64,000 bases of DNA, from positions 1 through 64,000 of the forward strand of contig JAHBMJ010000035.1 in assembly GCA_018398765.1 (NCBI GenBank), read 5' to 3'. Of the stretch, positions 13,227-28,548 are shown piece by piece. Each line of letters opens with the position of its first letter. Position 1 is the first letter of the stretch. Source of the DNA: Chromera velia. Taxonomy: Eukaryota. Under the pieces are notes generated by a model, which worked only from the letters and a program-made list of their open reading frames with translations, searched no databases and had not been told where the DNA came from. The translations under genes and the position numbers were made by a program.

Positions 13227-13335
13227 ACATGCATGCATGCATGCATCATTGCAATGCGTGAACCAAAAAAAAAATCGTCAAGCATGCAGGGGATTCGCGC
13301 GCTTTTCTCTGCATGCGCGCATGCAGAAGGCGCGC
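13227..13335. promoter_or_regulatory. TGCATGCA motif cluster in a divergent upstream region (putative ApiAP2-type cis element)
   Basis: catgcatgcatgcatgcatc and tgcatgcgcgcatgca lie between head-to-head genes (12815 -, about 13585 +). TGCATGCA is a known ApiAP2-bound motif in apicomplexans. Confidence 0.45.
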
Positions 13336-13584
13336 GAAAAAGTTTGTCAAGGCACATCGTTCGAACGTTCGAACACGAGCGAACACATCTTTCAGATTTT
13401 TCAGGCGTTGGAAGGATGTTGGAAGGATGATTACTTGAAAGGATGTCATGCAGAGCATTTCATCTCTCTATCGCCAAGCGACAGCAGATGAGGTGAAAAA
13501 GGCGTCGTCCAGCAAGTGATCGTTTTCTCCCTCAACTTCTTTTGTTTTCTCTCTGCATGTTTGAAGAGATTCAACTTAACGTCA

Positions 13585-15582
13585 ATGATCCGCTGGATTT
13601 TGCCATCACTTATTTGGGGCCCTTCTGGCGGCACCTCTCTGCATGTCTGCAGAGAGGAACACAAATTTCAAGCCGTCGGATGGACGGAGAAAGAGACGGA
13701 CCTGGACGGCCATCGAAAATGTCCCTTGCGCACTCCTGTCCCGCCCTTTGAGTTTCTCAAAGAACACTCATCGACAGATCCTGGAGTATCCAAAGGAGAC
13801 GGCACAGTTCGGGTAGACGGTGTTCGGAGTTTCCCTGACGCACGCTGGGAGCAGAGGGGGAACAATAGGGAGGAGCGGCTTGAAAATCAAGCGACTGTGG
13901 AAGCATTTGACGCTCATCCAGACGTTCTCGCGTTTCTGCGAGGGGGTCTATCGGAGGGCGCGCGTGCCTTCTTGAACAAGACCTGGGAGGCAGCATCGAG
14001 CGTTGAGCTCGTGCAGGACCCCCAGCTGGGGGAGGTCTTGGTCTGGCCAGCAGCTGCCGAAAGGGACGTGCGGGGAGCAGCAGCAGGTGACGGGGTTGGG
14101 AGAGTTGATGAGAGTGAGGCTGTGCATGCCGGTTGGGGACGGGAGAGGGCAGAAGGGTCTGTTCCTGAGATTCTTTTGTTGAGGGGGGCAGAGGAGAAGC
14201 GCAGGGTAAGGGAGTTGATCGACCTGGCCGTTCTGGGAAAGGCCTATAAGAGAATGGGGGATAAGGTCATTTTGCTCGGTTGGGCAAGAGCTGCGAGTTT
14301 TCATGGTTGGCGTGTGCGAATTTTTGCAGAGACAGAATCATTCTTCAAGGCAATGAATGCTCGAAGGAAGCAGCTGTACTTAGTAGACAGTCGCTGCCTC
14401 CGCGTAGAGAAGGTGAGAGAGAGCCTCAAGAGATTGACAGAGAAAGGGGAAAGGGGAATGGGGGGGTGTTTGAAGAGCCGCTTTTTTGTGTACAACTTAT
14501 GGGGGGGATTGCCCGAGAATTTATTTGCTGCCAGAGAAAGACAGAAGAGGGGCGGGCGGGGAGAGACAGAAAATGAACATTTTGTGCTGAGCAAAGGGCG
14601 ACAGATTGTGTCTGGCTGGCGTTGGCCAGGCTATCCTGAGAATACGCCCATTGGAATTCTGCCGAGCTTAATGACCTTCTGGGGTCTGCCTGCATTCAAA
14701 TCCATGAGTCCTCCTGCAGAGTGTTGTCTCGTTTTCTTCATGGGGAAAAACGAAGAAGACTTGAGTGGCATCGGAAGCGTTCTGGAACTTTTGAATGAAC
14801 GCCTAGGAAGTCTCGTTGCAGAAGTTGGAGAGTGGGGCTCTGAGGGAGGGGAGCACTGGAGGCCGATCTGTATGGGGGTGAAAGTGAAGGAGGGCAGAAC
14901 TCTTGCTGAGACTGTGAACCTGAAATCGGCTCTGCAATACACTCGCAACCTGGGCGTGATGGACCCCCTCACTTTCTCGGCACTGGTGGGCTCTGCCAGG
15001 GTCGTGGTGGGGTCGGGGGCGCCGATTGCGAGTCCCACAATTGTGGATGCAGTTGTCGCACAAGGGCACGTGTTCGCGCCGCGCAGACAGTTCTGTAATC
15101 CTTCTCCTGGAAGAGGGTGTCTGGGGCCCCACGAAAGATGGACAGAGACGGACGAGCTGACCTCAGAGGAAATAGTTGAACGAATTGTTGAAAAGTTGCG
15201 GGGACTGTGGCCGTCTCCAGTTGAGGACAATCAACACAGCTCTACTGCAGTGCACGGCGGGACAGAGGGAAAAAGTAAGATGGAGGGGGAACAGTCAGGC
15301 TTCACAGAGACGCAGTTGCAATTGCCGAAGCATTCCCTACCCGATTGGTGTCGTAGGGCATTGACAGTCGCACAAGAGGACCAGTTTCAGAGTGTCAGGG
15401 AGAGAGTCACCCCTGAGTTGCATGTAGATGTTTCTGTCTTGACCCCAGGCCCCCCATCAGGATCTTCTTCAGAGCATGGCTCTCGATCTGGCCTGACGGG
15501 ATTCCTTTCAGTAGAATCTCTGTTGCAAAGCATGAAGAAGTGGCTACTGCAGAATTCGGACGATTCTTGCGTCCTTGAATAA
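13585..15582 (+). CDS. GT-B glycosyltransferase, GT18/MGAT5 (GnT-V)-like; long uninterrupted ORF, 5' end uncertain
   Basis: Motifs collinear with MGAT5: RMGDKVILLGW..HGWRVRIF (cf. PLGELVQWSD..LGHDIRI), FFVYNLWG (cf. LRVLDSFG), YPENTPIGI (cf. SPDNSFLGF), LVFFMGK (cf. ALVYGK), TRNLGVMDPLTFSALVGSARVVVGSGAPIASPTIVDAVVAQG (cf. VKNHGILSGRDLQFLLRETKLFVGLGFPYEGPAPLEAIANG). First in-frame ATG is at 13585. Confidence 0.7.
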   Translation: MIRWILPSLIWGPSGGTSLHVCREEHKFQAVGWTEKETDLDGHRKCPLRTPVPPFEFLKEHSSTDPGVSKGDGTVRVDGVRSFPDARWEQRGNNREERLENQATVEAFDAHPDVLAFLRGGLSEGARAFLNKTWEAASSVELVQDPQLGEVLVWPAAAERDVRGAAAGDGVGRVDESEAVHAGWGRERAEGSVPEILLLRGAEEKRRVRELIDLAVLGKAYKRMGDKVILLGWARAASFHGWRVRIFAETESFFKAMNARRKQLYLVDSRCLRVEKVRESLKRLTEKGERGMGGCLKSRFFVYNLWGGLPENLFAARERQKRGGRGETENEHFVLSKGRQIVSGWRWPGYPENTPIGILPSLMTFWGLPAFKSMSPPAECCLVFFMGKNEEDLSGIGSVLELLNERLGSLVAEVGEWGSEGGEHWRPICMGVKVKEGRTLAETVNLKSALQYTRNLGVMDPLTFSALVGSARVVVGSGAPIASPTIVDAVVAQGHVFAPRRQFCNPSPGRGCLGPHERWTETDELTSEEIVERIVEKLRGLWPSPVEDNQHSSTAVHGGTEGKSKMEGEQSGFTETQLQLPKHSLPDWCRRALTVAQEDQFQSVRERVTPELHVDVSVLTPGPPSGSSSEHGSRSGLTGFLSVESLLQSMKKWLLQNSDDSCVLE

Positions 15583-15589
15583 TGAAACC

Positions 15590-16150
15590 TAGATTTAAAG
15601 AATGTTTGGCACATTTTCAGAATATTCATAATTAAAGTATAGTTCACAAATCCTAGCATAAATCAAATCAAAAATTTATTTACAAAAATTACTGTATATA
15701 TATTATATCGTCTTCAACTTTCAAATTGAAGTTATAACAATCATTACCACATGATAGTAGTAATAAAACGGAATGAAACGTATGAAAAACGCTAGGAAAA
15801 ACGATTACAGTGTAACATGATCGGATTCAATAATTATATAGTCCTTTAGAATGCTTAATTTTTTATGATTAACCTAGTGATTAACATTATTATTGAGTCA
15901 ACTTATACAAGAAAAGCCGTAAAAAAAGTAAATTACTAGTGAAACTGCGCCGCTTCCGCGAAATTCACAAGTTATATAGATTTAAGTTGTACCATCCAAC
16001 TAGAAATCCAAATATATGCTAAGAATAGTTAAGAACACACTTGTAAAATCCGCTAGAAAATCCATAAAATTATGTATTAGTATTTGATGTATAACAATTT
16101 TATGTTTCTGCTGAAACTAAATTTGAGCTGTATCTCGATCAATATATGGA
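15590..16150. other. AT-rich intergenic block between convergent gene ends
   Basis: AT-rich and ORF-free, downstream of the GT18-like stop and of the kinase stop. Confidence 0.7.
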
Positions 16151-16352
16151 TCTGACTACGGATCTGAAGACAACGGCCCATGTTTCAATCTAGGTTTCGA
16201 TGTAACGCTACACCATCACGATCCCGTCTTTCCTTATTTCCTACTTCACACCCGCAGGTCAGAGAGGACAGTGGACAGAGACGAGCAACGCCCATATCGG
16301 TGTAACGCAAGTAGCAAGTAACGAAGGTGGTCAGGAGAGGGGGAGAGGGAGG

Positions 16353-16391
<39 letters not shown>

Positions 16392-17446
16392 CTTTTTGTA
16401 CAATGCACTGACCCAAAAAAGACAGCGCAAAATGAAAGTGAAACAAAAATTGGACACTTTGCATGATACACAGCAAACACCGGCAAAGACACAGGGTCCA
16501 CGCATATGCGTGTGCATGCGTGTGCGAATGAGTATGTTAGTGTCTCGGTGTGTCAATGTGCGTGTGTGTGAAATGGGGAGACTGTCACAATGGCAAGCCC
16601 GAACCCCAAGGTGCCCTGGTCGAAGAATATGAACTCGCTTGGTCAAGACCGACAGAGAGATGGGAAGAGTCAGTCAACCCTGACTGAATGTGGAAAGAAC
16701 GAGATAAGAACAATGCAAAAACAAATTCTCGGAGAAAGACAAGACAGAGATCCAACCTTGCCCCCCCCCCAGGTCGGAGAGGATGGGAGGCAACTCAACA
16801 GACTCGGTCTTCTCATTTGAACGTCGACACGCACGCAGTGTCTCGGGCACTTCCCAGAGAACCATTGAAAGAAGGAGCAGGGCAGTCGAAAGTGCATGAG
16901 GGAGAGGACGTAAACGTAAAGAAGAAAAAAGAGATTGAATTAATTTCAGCATCTCGATCCATCCATCCATCCATCCAATCTCCTTTGATCAACCGATCGA
17001 CCCGCCAGACACATTTATTCTTCACACCACACAATCCCCAGTGTTTCCTTCCCGCCCTGTCCCCTTCCCCAACCCCAACCAGACAAACAGCCAAAAGGCC
17101 CAATCCACGTTCGAGCCCAGATTCGCCGAGAGGGAAACGACCATCACAACCTCACACATCCGGCAAAGGGCAGAAGCAAGAACCGCACGGACAATGATGC
17201 AAAAGAGAGACACTTTGCCGCTCTTCCCCACGGTGCGCGCACAGTGCCTTCACATGTATCCGAAGCCAATCCCTCTCCCTCCCAGTCAATCCAACTTCCG
17301 TCAGTCAGCGAGTGGAGCAACCAGACAGTCAATTGACAATGGTCTTTCCTTCCTTCTCCCCCCCCGTTCTTTTTTCTTCCACTCATATATATATCTTTCT
17401 AGTCCTCTCGTTTGTCTCGATCCTCCTCCGTCCCTTCCGCACCCTC

Positions 17447-21641
<4,195 letters not shown>

Positions 21642-21894
21642 CAACAGAGTGATCACACCCTGGGAAAGAGCATCACAACATAGATGTATATCACAGCAGG
21701 TCAGTGCAGAGTACTCTGACAGTGGTGGAGTTGGAGGAGTCTGAGAACGGAGGAAACATCGGGGATTCGGGGATCGAGGTAGGGGTCAAAATGGTTTGTT
21801 TACGGTTGTTTATTTTCGGAGCCGCGAGCCGGCCGGCCGCGCGCGGGCCCGCCGGGCAAGCGTCGGCAAGCCGCGCCCGCCCGGCGGGCCGGCT

Positions 21895-22045
21895 GCCCCC
21901 CCAATTAAAGGCCGCAATGCATGACGCGGGCCGGGCACTGTCAGCCAGGCCGGGATTGCATGGCGGCCGGCCCGTGCATTCTTGGGGACCGACCCAAAAT
22001 GGACGCCCCAAAAGGCCTGACCCGTGCGAGCTGCATGCATGCACT
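21895..22045 (+). repeat. GC-rich dispersed repeat, copy A, in the divergent region between the kinase and ankyrin genes
   Basis: Shares the ordered blocks ggccgcaatg, ccgggattg, gcggccggcc, an exact 23-mer attcttggggaccgacccaaaat (21978-22000), ccccaaaaggcc, tgacccgt and catgcat with 27615-27745. Confidence 0.85.
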
Positions 22046-22779
22046 CACAGTCTGCATGATTTGCCTGACCTTGCTCAACCCAACTATAGTGCCAGAGGCG
22101 ATATATACGTGTTGCTTGGTTCAATGGTTTTGTGCAATAATCTGCTTCGCTTAGTTCGCTATCGGCGTCGGAGTCGAAAGTAATCCTCTCTTTTGCTTCT
22201 GTAGCTGATTAGCATTATTATCGACAGGGTTTGACCTTACAGCCCCCTCCTGAAACCGAACGAACCGCTGCCATGGAGACAAAAAGTGAATCCGCTCCGA
22301 ACCGCACTTTCGCGGGAAAGAAGATCGTCCAGCCGAAGGAAGGGGTATCACCTGGTTGGTTGTCTGGCTATCTGGTTGTCTAGTTAGTTGGTTGGTTGGC
22401 TACCTGGCTGCCCGGCTGGTTGGCTCGTTGGAGGGTCTGTTGGTTTTTCGCTTGTTTTTTGGATCGCGTGAGTGATTGCGTGCATGCTCGATTTCCTCAG
22501 CAGCAGATTGCTTGCGAGGGCGTGAATCTTCTGACAGAGCAAAAGCGAGAGCAAGTGAGAGAGGGAAAATGAAAAAGAGACGGAGAAGCAGACCACAGCA
22601 AAGACGTCATGACAGACACATGCAATCCCCCCCAAAGGCGTCAGTCGAAAGACAGAAAGAAGTCGACGAACAGAAAGCAGACATGCACATGCAGGAACAG
22701 CAAGCAAAATGATCTCTGCTTGAATTGAAGGAAGTGTATAGGTGGGGAAAGGCAAAAGGATACAGCGACGCCGGTCTTT

Positions 22780-23401
22780 ATGAAAGGCACCGTGCGTGGC
22801 TCTGCCAGAGATTGGGTATAGTTGTGCCCCGAAGTTCGCTTCAGCCGTTCATGATTCTGTTTAATTGCCTGTCCGTACACCGAATCGTCTCCTGTCCGCT
22901 TCTACAAAGGGCAGTCCGATCTCACCTTCCTAGCTCTCTCTCTGCAGAGCCCCGCGTCTGCCCCTAATCGCCCTGCCGCACCACAACCCACTTCAACAGC
23001 TGTCCCCAAACCCAAACAACCCGCACCGTCCCGTCCCCTTGCGAGACCGGTGATCCCTCAGGCTGGTTCTGGACAGGTCAGCCCTTAATTGAATTCTTTT
23101 TTTTTCTTTTTCAAACAGTATTGACGCGCTTCGATTCTCGATCGTTCTCTTCCTTGTTAAAAATCAATCAGTGTTTTTCGATCTTTCTTTCTTTCTTTCT
23201 TTCTTTCTTCCTTCCTTTTCTTTTCTTTTCTTTCTTTTCTTTCTTTTTTTTCTTTTTTTTTTTTCTTTCTTTTCTTTCTTTTCTTTCCTTTCTTTCTTTT
23301 CTTTCTTTTCTTTCTTTTCTTTCTGTCTGTCTTTCTGTCTTTCTGTCTTTCTGTCTTTCTTTCTTTCTTTCTTTCTTTCTTTCCTTCTTTCCTTCTTTCC
23401 T

Positions 23402-23441
<40 letters not shown>

Positions 23442-23513
23442 TTCTTTCTTTTCTTTCTTTTCTTTCTTTTCTTTCTGTCTGTCTTTCTGTCTTTCTGTCT
23501 TTCTGTCTTTCTG

Positions 23514-23549
<36 letters not shown>

Positions 23550-23593
23550 TCCTTCTTTCCTTCTTTCCTTCTTTCCTTCTTTCCTTCTTTCCT

Positions 23594-23629
<36 letters not shown>

Positions 23630-24655
23630 TTCTTTCTTTCTTTCTTTCTTTCTTTCTTTCGGTCTTTTCTTGTACGCAAGTCTCCTTCTTTCTGTGCATC
23701 TCGTTATCTCTCAACCATCCGCACACTTGCCCACAGGTTCCGAAGACCGCACCTACTCTCTTCTCCATCCATCCATCTCCCCTCAGTTTTTCTACTCCTG
23801 AATGCACTGCCCTTCGGATTCATTTGCAGACTGTAGAGAAGCATTCCTGTTCCTCCCGTCGCTGATGTCTTCAGGAAAAACTGAAGGAACTCTCTCACCC
23901 AACAGAAGATCCAGGTCAAAAGGTGAACAAATCTGACGAGCTTCTGGCAGAAGGACGCACAAAGATCGTGAGTTTTAATTTCGTAGTGTATACCTTTCTT
24001 ACGAGCTAAGACTGCTGTGGTTCTGCTGTTTGGGAGGGGGAGGACAGACGAAAAACACATGAAGAGCAAAAGCGAACCCTGAATGTTTTGGATCTCTTCT
24101 TTTTATCAAGCGAAGGACTCTGAATCGGAGAGAGAAAGTACACACACCCAATTTACTCGCTTCCTTGACCATTTAGTTAAGTGAAAATGAAACGCAGTGC
24201 CCGCATCGAACTTTCGTTTTTCTGCGCTTTTCGCTCTCCACATTGTCACAAGCCCGCTATCGAGACGCCTACTTTCTGATACAGGAGCAGACAAAACGCC
24301 CCCTGTGTCTTAATTCTGGATTGTCGTCACTCCTGCAAGCGTGGCTGCAGGAGGATCTAGCAGAAAACCCTGGGTATATTCTCCTTCAAGCAGTTCGATA
24401 TCGCAAGATAGAGAAGGTCAAGAGGCTGCTGGCTGAAGGAGCTCCTGTCGACTACGTGAGGAGGTTCGGTCGAGGATGGGTGAGTCCCAATTGGTGCATA
24501 AATTCGTTTCTCACAGCCAATACAGACAAACAGACGAATAGAGAAGCGGACTTCTTTTTCTTCTTCTTCTTCTTCTTCTGTTTCTTCTTCTGTTTCTTCT
24601 TCTTCTTCGTCTTCTTCTTCTTCTTCTTCTTCTGTTTCTTCTGCTTCTTCGTCTT

Positions 24656-24686
<31 letters not shown>

Positions 24687-25553
24687 GCATTGCTGTTATT
24701 CCTATTCTTCTTTTTTTCCTTTTTGTCCTTGTTTCTCCATTTTGGGCACCTTTGCCTGCCTATCTGCAGGACAGAGAGACCCCGTTGCTGGTGGCCGCAG
24801 CCCAGGGGGATCTGGAGATGGTCTCTCTCTTGGTCCAAAATAAAGCGAACATTCGTGAGGTTGACGGCGTGAGTCTAAAACTTTTCTCACAAAAGAATCT
24901 TCCTTCATTGCCACCATGCCTAGCGACGTGGCTGTCTTCTGGGCAGCTGTCTTCATGAGGAGAACATTCTTCCCTCCCTCTCCTGTTATGCCTCACTGTC
25001 AGAGAGAGAGAGCACGCTCTCGCTGGATAGTCGTGAGACTTAATGAAGGGCGGCTGGCTGTAGGCCATGATCTGTTTTTCAAAATATGTTTTGTTGTCAT
25101 TGTTCTGGTTGTCCGCTGCGATCTGCAGACACCCGACGGACTCAGAAATGAATCGTCCGTGGTCGTACGGTCGGAGGTGCATGAGACAACTTAAGTCCTA
25201 GTCAGTGAATAGACAGCATCAAACCTCCATCTTTCTGTTTCTTCTATTTATCACCACCATTGGGTTTGCTCGGTCATGCCCGGTGGCCGGGTCCAATTCT
25301 CAGGAAGGGCCCCTTCTAATTCTGCTCAGTGCATGGGAGTGCTTGCTTGGTTGTATCATGACTGCATGCAGCAATCGAGGACGGCCCTGCATTTGGCTGC
25401 TTCCAGCGGGCATGAGAGCGTCGTGTCATTTCTGATCGATCGGGGCGCAGACATCAACGCAAGAAACAAAGTAAGTAAGTCAGTTCGGTCCTTTCCCACC
25501 TGAGTCGCCTGAAACTGCTTTGTTTGTTTGTTGTTTGTTTGTTTGTCTGTTTG

Positions 25554-25597
<44 letters not shown>

Positions 25598-25602
25598 TGT
25601 GC

Positions 25603-25641
<39 letters not shown>

Positions 25642-25688
25642 CGTGTGTGTGTGTGCGTGTGTGCGTGTATGTGTATGTGTGTGTGTGC

Positions 25689-25719
<31 letters not shown>

Positions 25720-26777
25720 TGAGTGTGTGTGAGTGCGTGCGTGCGTGCGTGCGTGCGTGCGTGTGTGCGTGTGTGTATGTGAGTGTGTGCAAGCGTGCAT
25801 GCGTGTGTGTGTATGCGCGGGCGCTCGCGCGCGTGCGCGCGTGTGTGCGTGCGTGTGTGTGTGTGTGTGACCAAAGAAAAAAAAAGGACAACGAGCAAAA
25901 CAAACAATTACCCCACCTGAATCTACGATTATTGCAGAACTCGGCCTTTGCATGCTTGTTTGACGTGTGCGATGAATTACTAGTCTGACTTAATGAACTT
26001 AAGCATGATGGATGCACTTTGTCGACTTGGTTGTTGCAGAGCGGGTCAACGCCTCTGAAGTCAGCCGCATTTGCTGGGAATGAGAAAATGGTGTCACTCT
26101 TGATTAAGAAGGGTGCGAATGTGAATGAACAAAGCAAGGTGAGTCAATCCGTAAATTGGAGTTCAGTTGCTGTACGTCTCTCCTACTCGCTGGCCTGCAT
26201 GAGTAAGTGTCTTTTCCATTTCTCAAGCGCGTCTTCTTTCTTCAATTTGACGTACCTGTTTGGATGCATGGACAGATGACTTGTCGGCAGACTCTTGTGC
26301 GTGAACGTGCATGCCGTCACACAGATATGGTCCGATGAAATCCCCAGGAGGAAAGCTCTAGTTGATATCTCAGCATTTCTGCAGTATGCAGAGATCAAAG
26401 GCTGGAAATTTCCGTTCCCTACTTTTCACTTTTTTTTTTCAATTGTTGTTATTCTTTATGCAGAAATCAAAGGCTATGCCTTACGGTTTCCGTACTAAGA
26501 CTTCTCTGTCTCTGATTCTGTGTCTTCTTGTTTCTTGCCGGGTTTGACAATCTGAAAGCAGCAGAAAGTGATCGGAGCTTCCATTCAGTCAACTTGAAGC
26601 TGAAACGCCTTTCTTTACCGCTTTTGCAGACATGAATGTACATGAATAACGCATGCAAGTATCTTCAACATATGTCTGATTGCAATGCAGTGGGGCATAA
26701 AACCACTGGCAGTTGCCATCACGGAGAAACACTCCAAAGTCATCGAAATCCTTCGGAAAGCCGGGGCGTCCGAATGA
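22780..26777 (+). CDS. Ankyrin-repeat protein (about 5 repeats) with a Pro-rich N-terminus; 5' exons tentative
   Basis: Phase-0 exons: 24351-24479 ([21 protein letters not shown]), 24770-24868 ([26 protein letters not shown]), 25372-25470 ([27 protein letters not shown]), 26040-26138 ([27 protein letters not shown]), 26691-26777 ([25 protein letters not shown]). Candidate upstream exons are 22780-22791, 22948-23076 and about 23876-23967. Confidence 0.9.
23183..23660. repeat. Compound (TTTC)/(TTCC)/(TCTG) microsatellite, intronic
   Basis: Read directly; it is the source of the spurious FLS/KER ORFs. Confidence 0.95.
24551..24685. repeat. (TTC)n microsatellite, intronic
   Basis: Read directly. 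Confidence 0.95.
25553..25869. repeat. Alternating purine-pyrimidine (TG)n/(CG)n/(TGCG)n tract interrupted by (GA)n, intronic
   Basis: Read directly. Confidence 0.95.
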
Positions 26778-27614
26778 TCAAATAACCAATTAACCTAAAG
26801 GGGCAGTGATTAAAGTCAAGTCATATGAAGACATCCTCTCAGTCTGGCACTCAGGCTACCTGGTCTTTCTTCTTAATTATCAATTTTCAAGCAAATGAGA
26901 GGCAATGAATATATTTTTTGTAAGGCTCTAACAGTTTTTATTTTTAAAACCGTGCTCTTTTGGAGTTTGAACAGTTCACATACTCATACGTATGTACTTT
27001 TGACGTACTATGCAATTTTAATATTAAGTTTTCGTTACATTTTATTTACTTCTTATATGCCCGACAAATACGTAGACGACGTACCATTATACAATGAAAC
27101 AATTAATACAAAAAGCATAAGACCAATGCCACTATATCAGTATGCATTAGTACGTAAGCTTTAATTGTCAGCCCATCACCGTCCGTCATGCGACTGTCCG
27201 CCGCGCGCCGTGGGTCACCAACTCCTAGAGAGTTTAGGGCCGAAGAACCGTGAAGACCTAAAATTACCTAAAATCGAACTGTATCGACCTTGCGGAGTAT
27301 GTCATTTCGGAGAGTTCACGAAAGTTCAAAAGACCCAAAAACGAAGAGTGATCAGCATCATCGGTATGTCATGGCTCGATGACCTAAATACGTGGATCGA
27401 GTATTTCAGAGATAGACACCGCGAGTCGTTGACCCACGCCGCCCGCCAGTGTACAGTCAGAATTACATGGCAGCTAACCTTTTTTTTTCGGGACCAACCT
27501 AAAATAGAGGCCTCAAAAGGCTGAAATGTACGTACCAAAATGACTTAGGGCACAGTCAGGATTGGCAGCCGGCGGTGGCCGGTGGATTCTTGAGGACCGC
27601 GTCCCAATTTGACT

Positions 27615-27745
27615 CCCAAATTAACGGAGGCCGCAATGACCCGGGATACAACCGGGATTGGCGGCCGGCCTATTCTTGGGGACCGACCCAAAATAAACAC
27701 CCCAAAAGGCCGCAAATGACCCGTCGACGATCCATGCATCCATCC
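27615..27745 (+). repeat. GC-rich dispersed repeat, copy B, upstream of the LRR/EF-hand gene
   Basis: Exact 23-mer at 27672-27694 plus flanking blocks collinear with copy A. Confidence 0.85.
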
Positions 27746-27965
27746 GTGCAGTCCATCCATCTTTCCATCGCCGGTCTGTACGGCGTCCGCATGCGCTGCA
27801 GCTATCATATATATCGCCTCGGGGGGCAGCTCAGCTCTGCTGAGATCAGCCGAGAGGCCCTGAGATCGCACGCACTCGCATAACGCATTTTTTCGTTTTG
27901 TCATTTTTGAGGGGGGGATCGGTTCTGTCTCCGTCACGGTCGCGGTGTCGCCCGAGTTCCAAAAT

Positions 27966-28062
27966 GTGCCCCTCAAGCAACTCGCACGGAGCCGCGATCG
28001 CACATGCCTTAATTACTTTGGTCATGCGTGCCCCTCAAGTAACTCGCACGGAGTTGCACATG
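27966..28062 (+). repeat. Direct repeat: two 26-bp copies with a 62-nt period
   Basis: gtgcccctcaag(c/t)aactcgcacggag at 27966 and 28028, each followed shortly by gcacatgc. Confidence 0.85.
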
Positions 28063-28548
28063 CATACAACGCGCGCGCGGTCCCGAAAAGCATACTTCGC
28101 TGCCGTGGCCCCCGCCCCATGGCAGCACACAACTTAGACATGCAAGCCCCCGATGATGTGCATCAATTAGCGGACCCCTAAATAGCCCCCCGAGGCACTC
28201 ACCCAACTGGTTGGGTGTATCCCGTAGCTGTACATGTGACATACACTCCAATTGTTTCGATCAAATGAATTCGGCAGACTGGTTGACTTCATGTAATGTA
28301 GTGAGATTGTGTGTCTGGAGGACCATCGCCAATTACCAGCAGTGAGTTGTACGTCTGCCCTCGATCAAGAGCTGGAGCGAGGGTTCCATTCTGCATTCTT
28401 TCTGACCTAACTGCATGCATGCACGCTTGTACAGATTGATTCGGCACATTCAGAGCCAGCTTGCCTGCTGAGTTCCCATACGACTCGGAGACTCAAAACG
28501 CGAAGAAAGCATCTGAGGGAACTCAATCCCTGAACACACTGCAAGAAA

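Noticed and set aside
16185..17440. Short ORFs downstream of the kinase
   Set aside because: No consistent exon chain or recognisable motif; the kinase already ends with its hydrophobic motif at 17447
21691..22183. GC-rich overlapping ORFs
   Set aside because: Stop-poor because of high GC; they overlap the dispersed non-coding repeat
23121..23836. Long ORFs of FLS/KER repeats on both strands
   Set aside because: Translation of an intronic (TTTC)n microsatellite inside the ankyrin gene
25356..26137. His/Thr-rich and Val/Cys-rich ORFs
   Set aside because: (CA)n/(TG)n microsatellite artefacts
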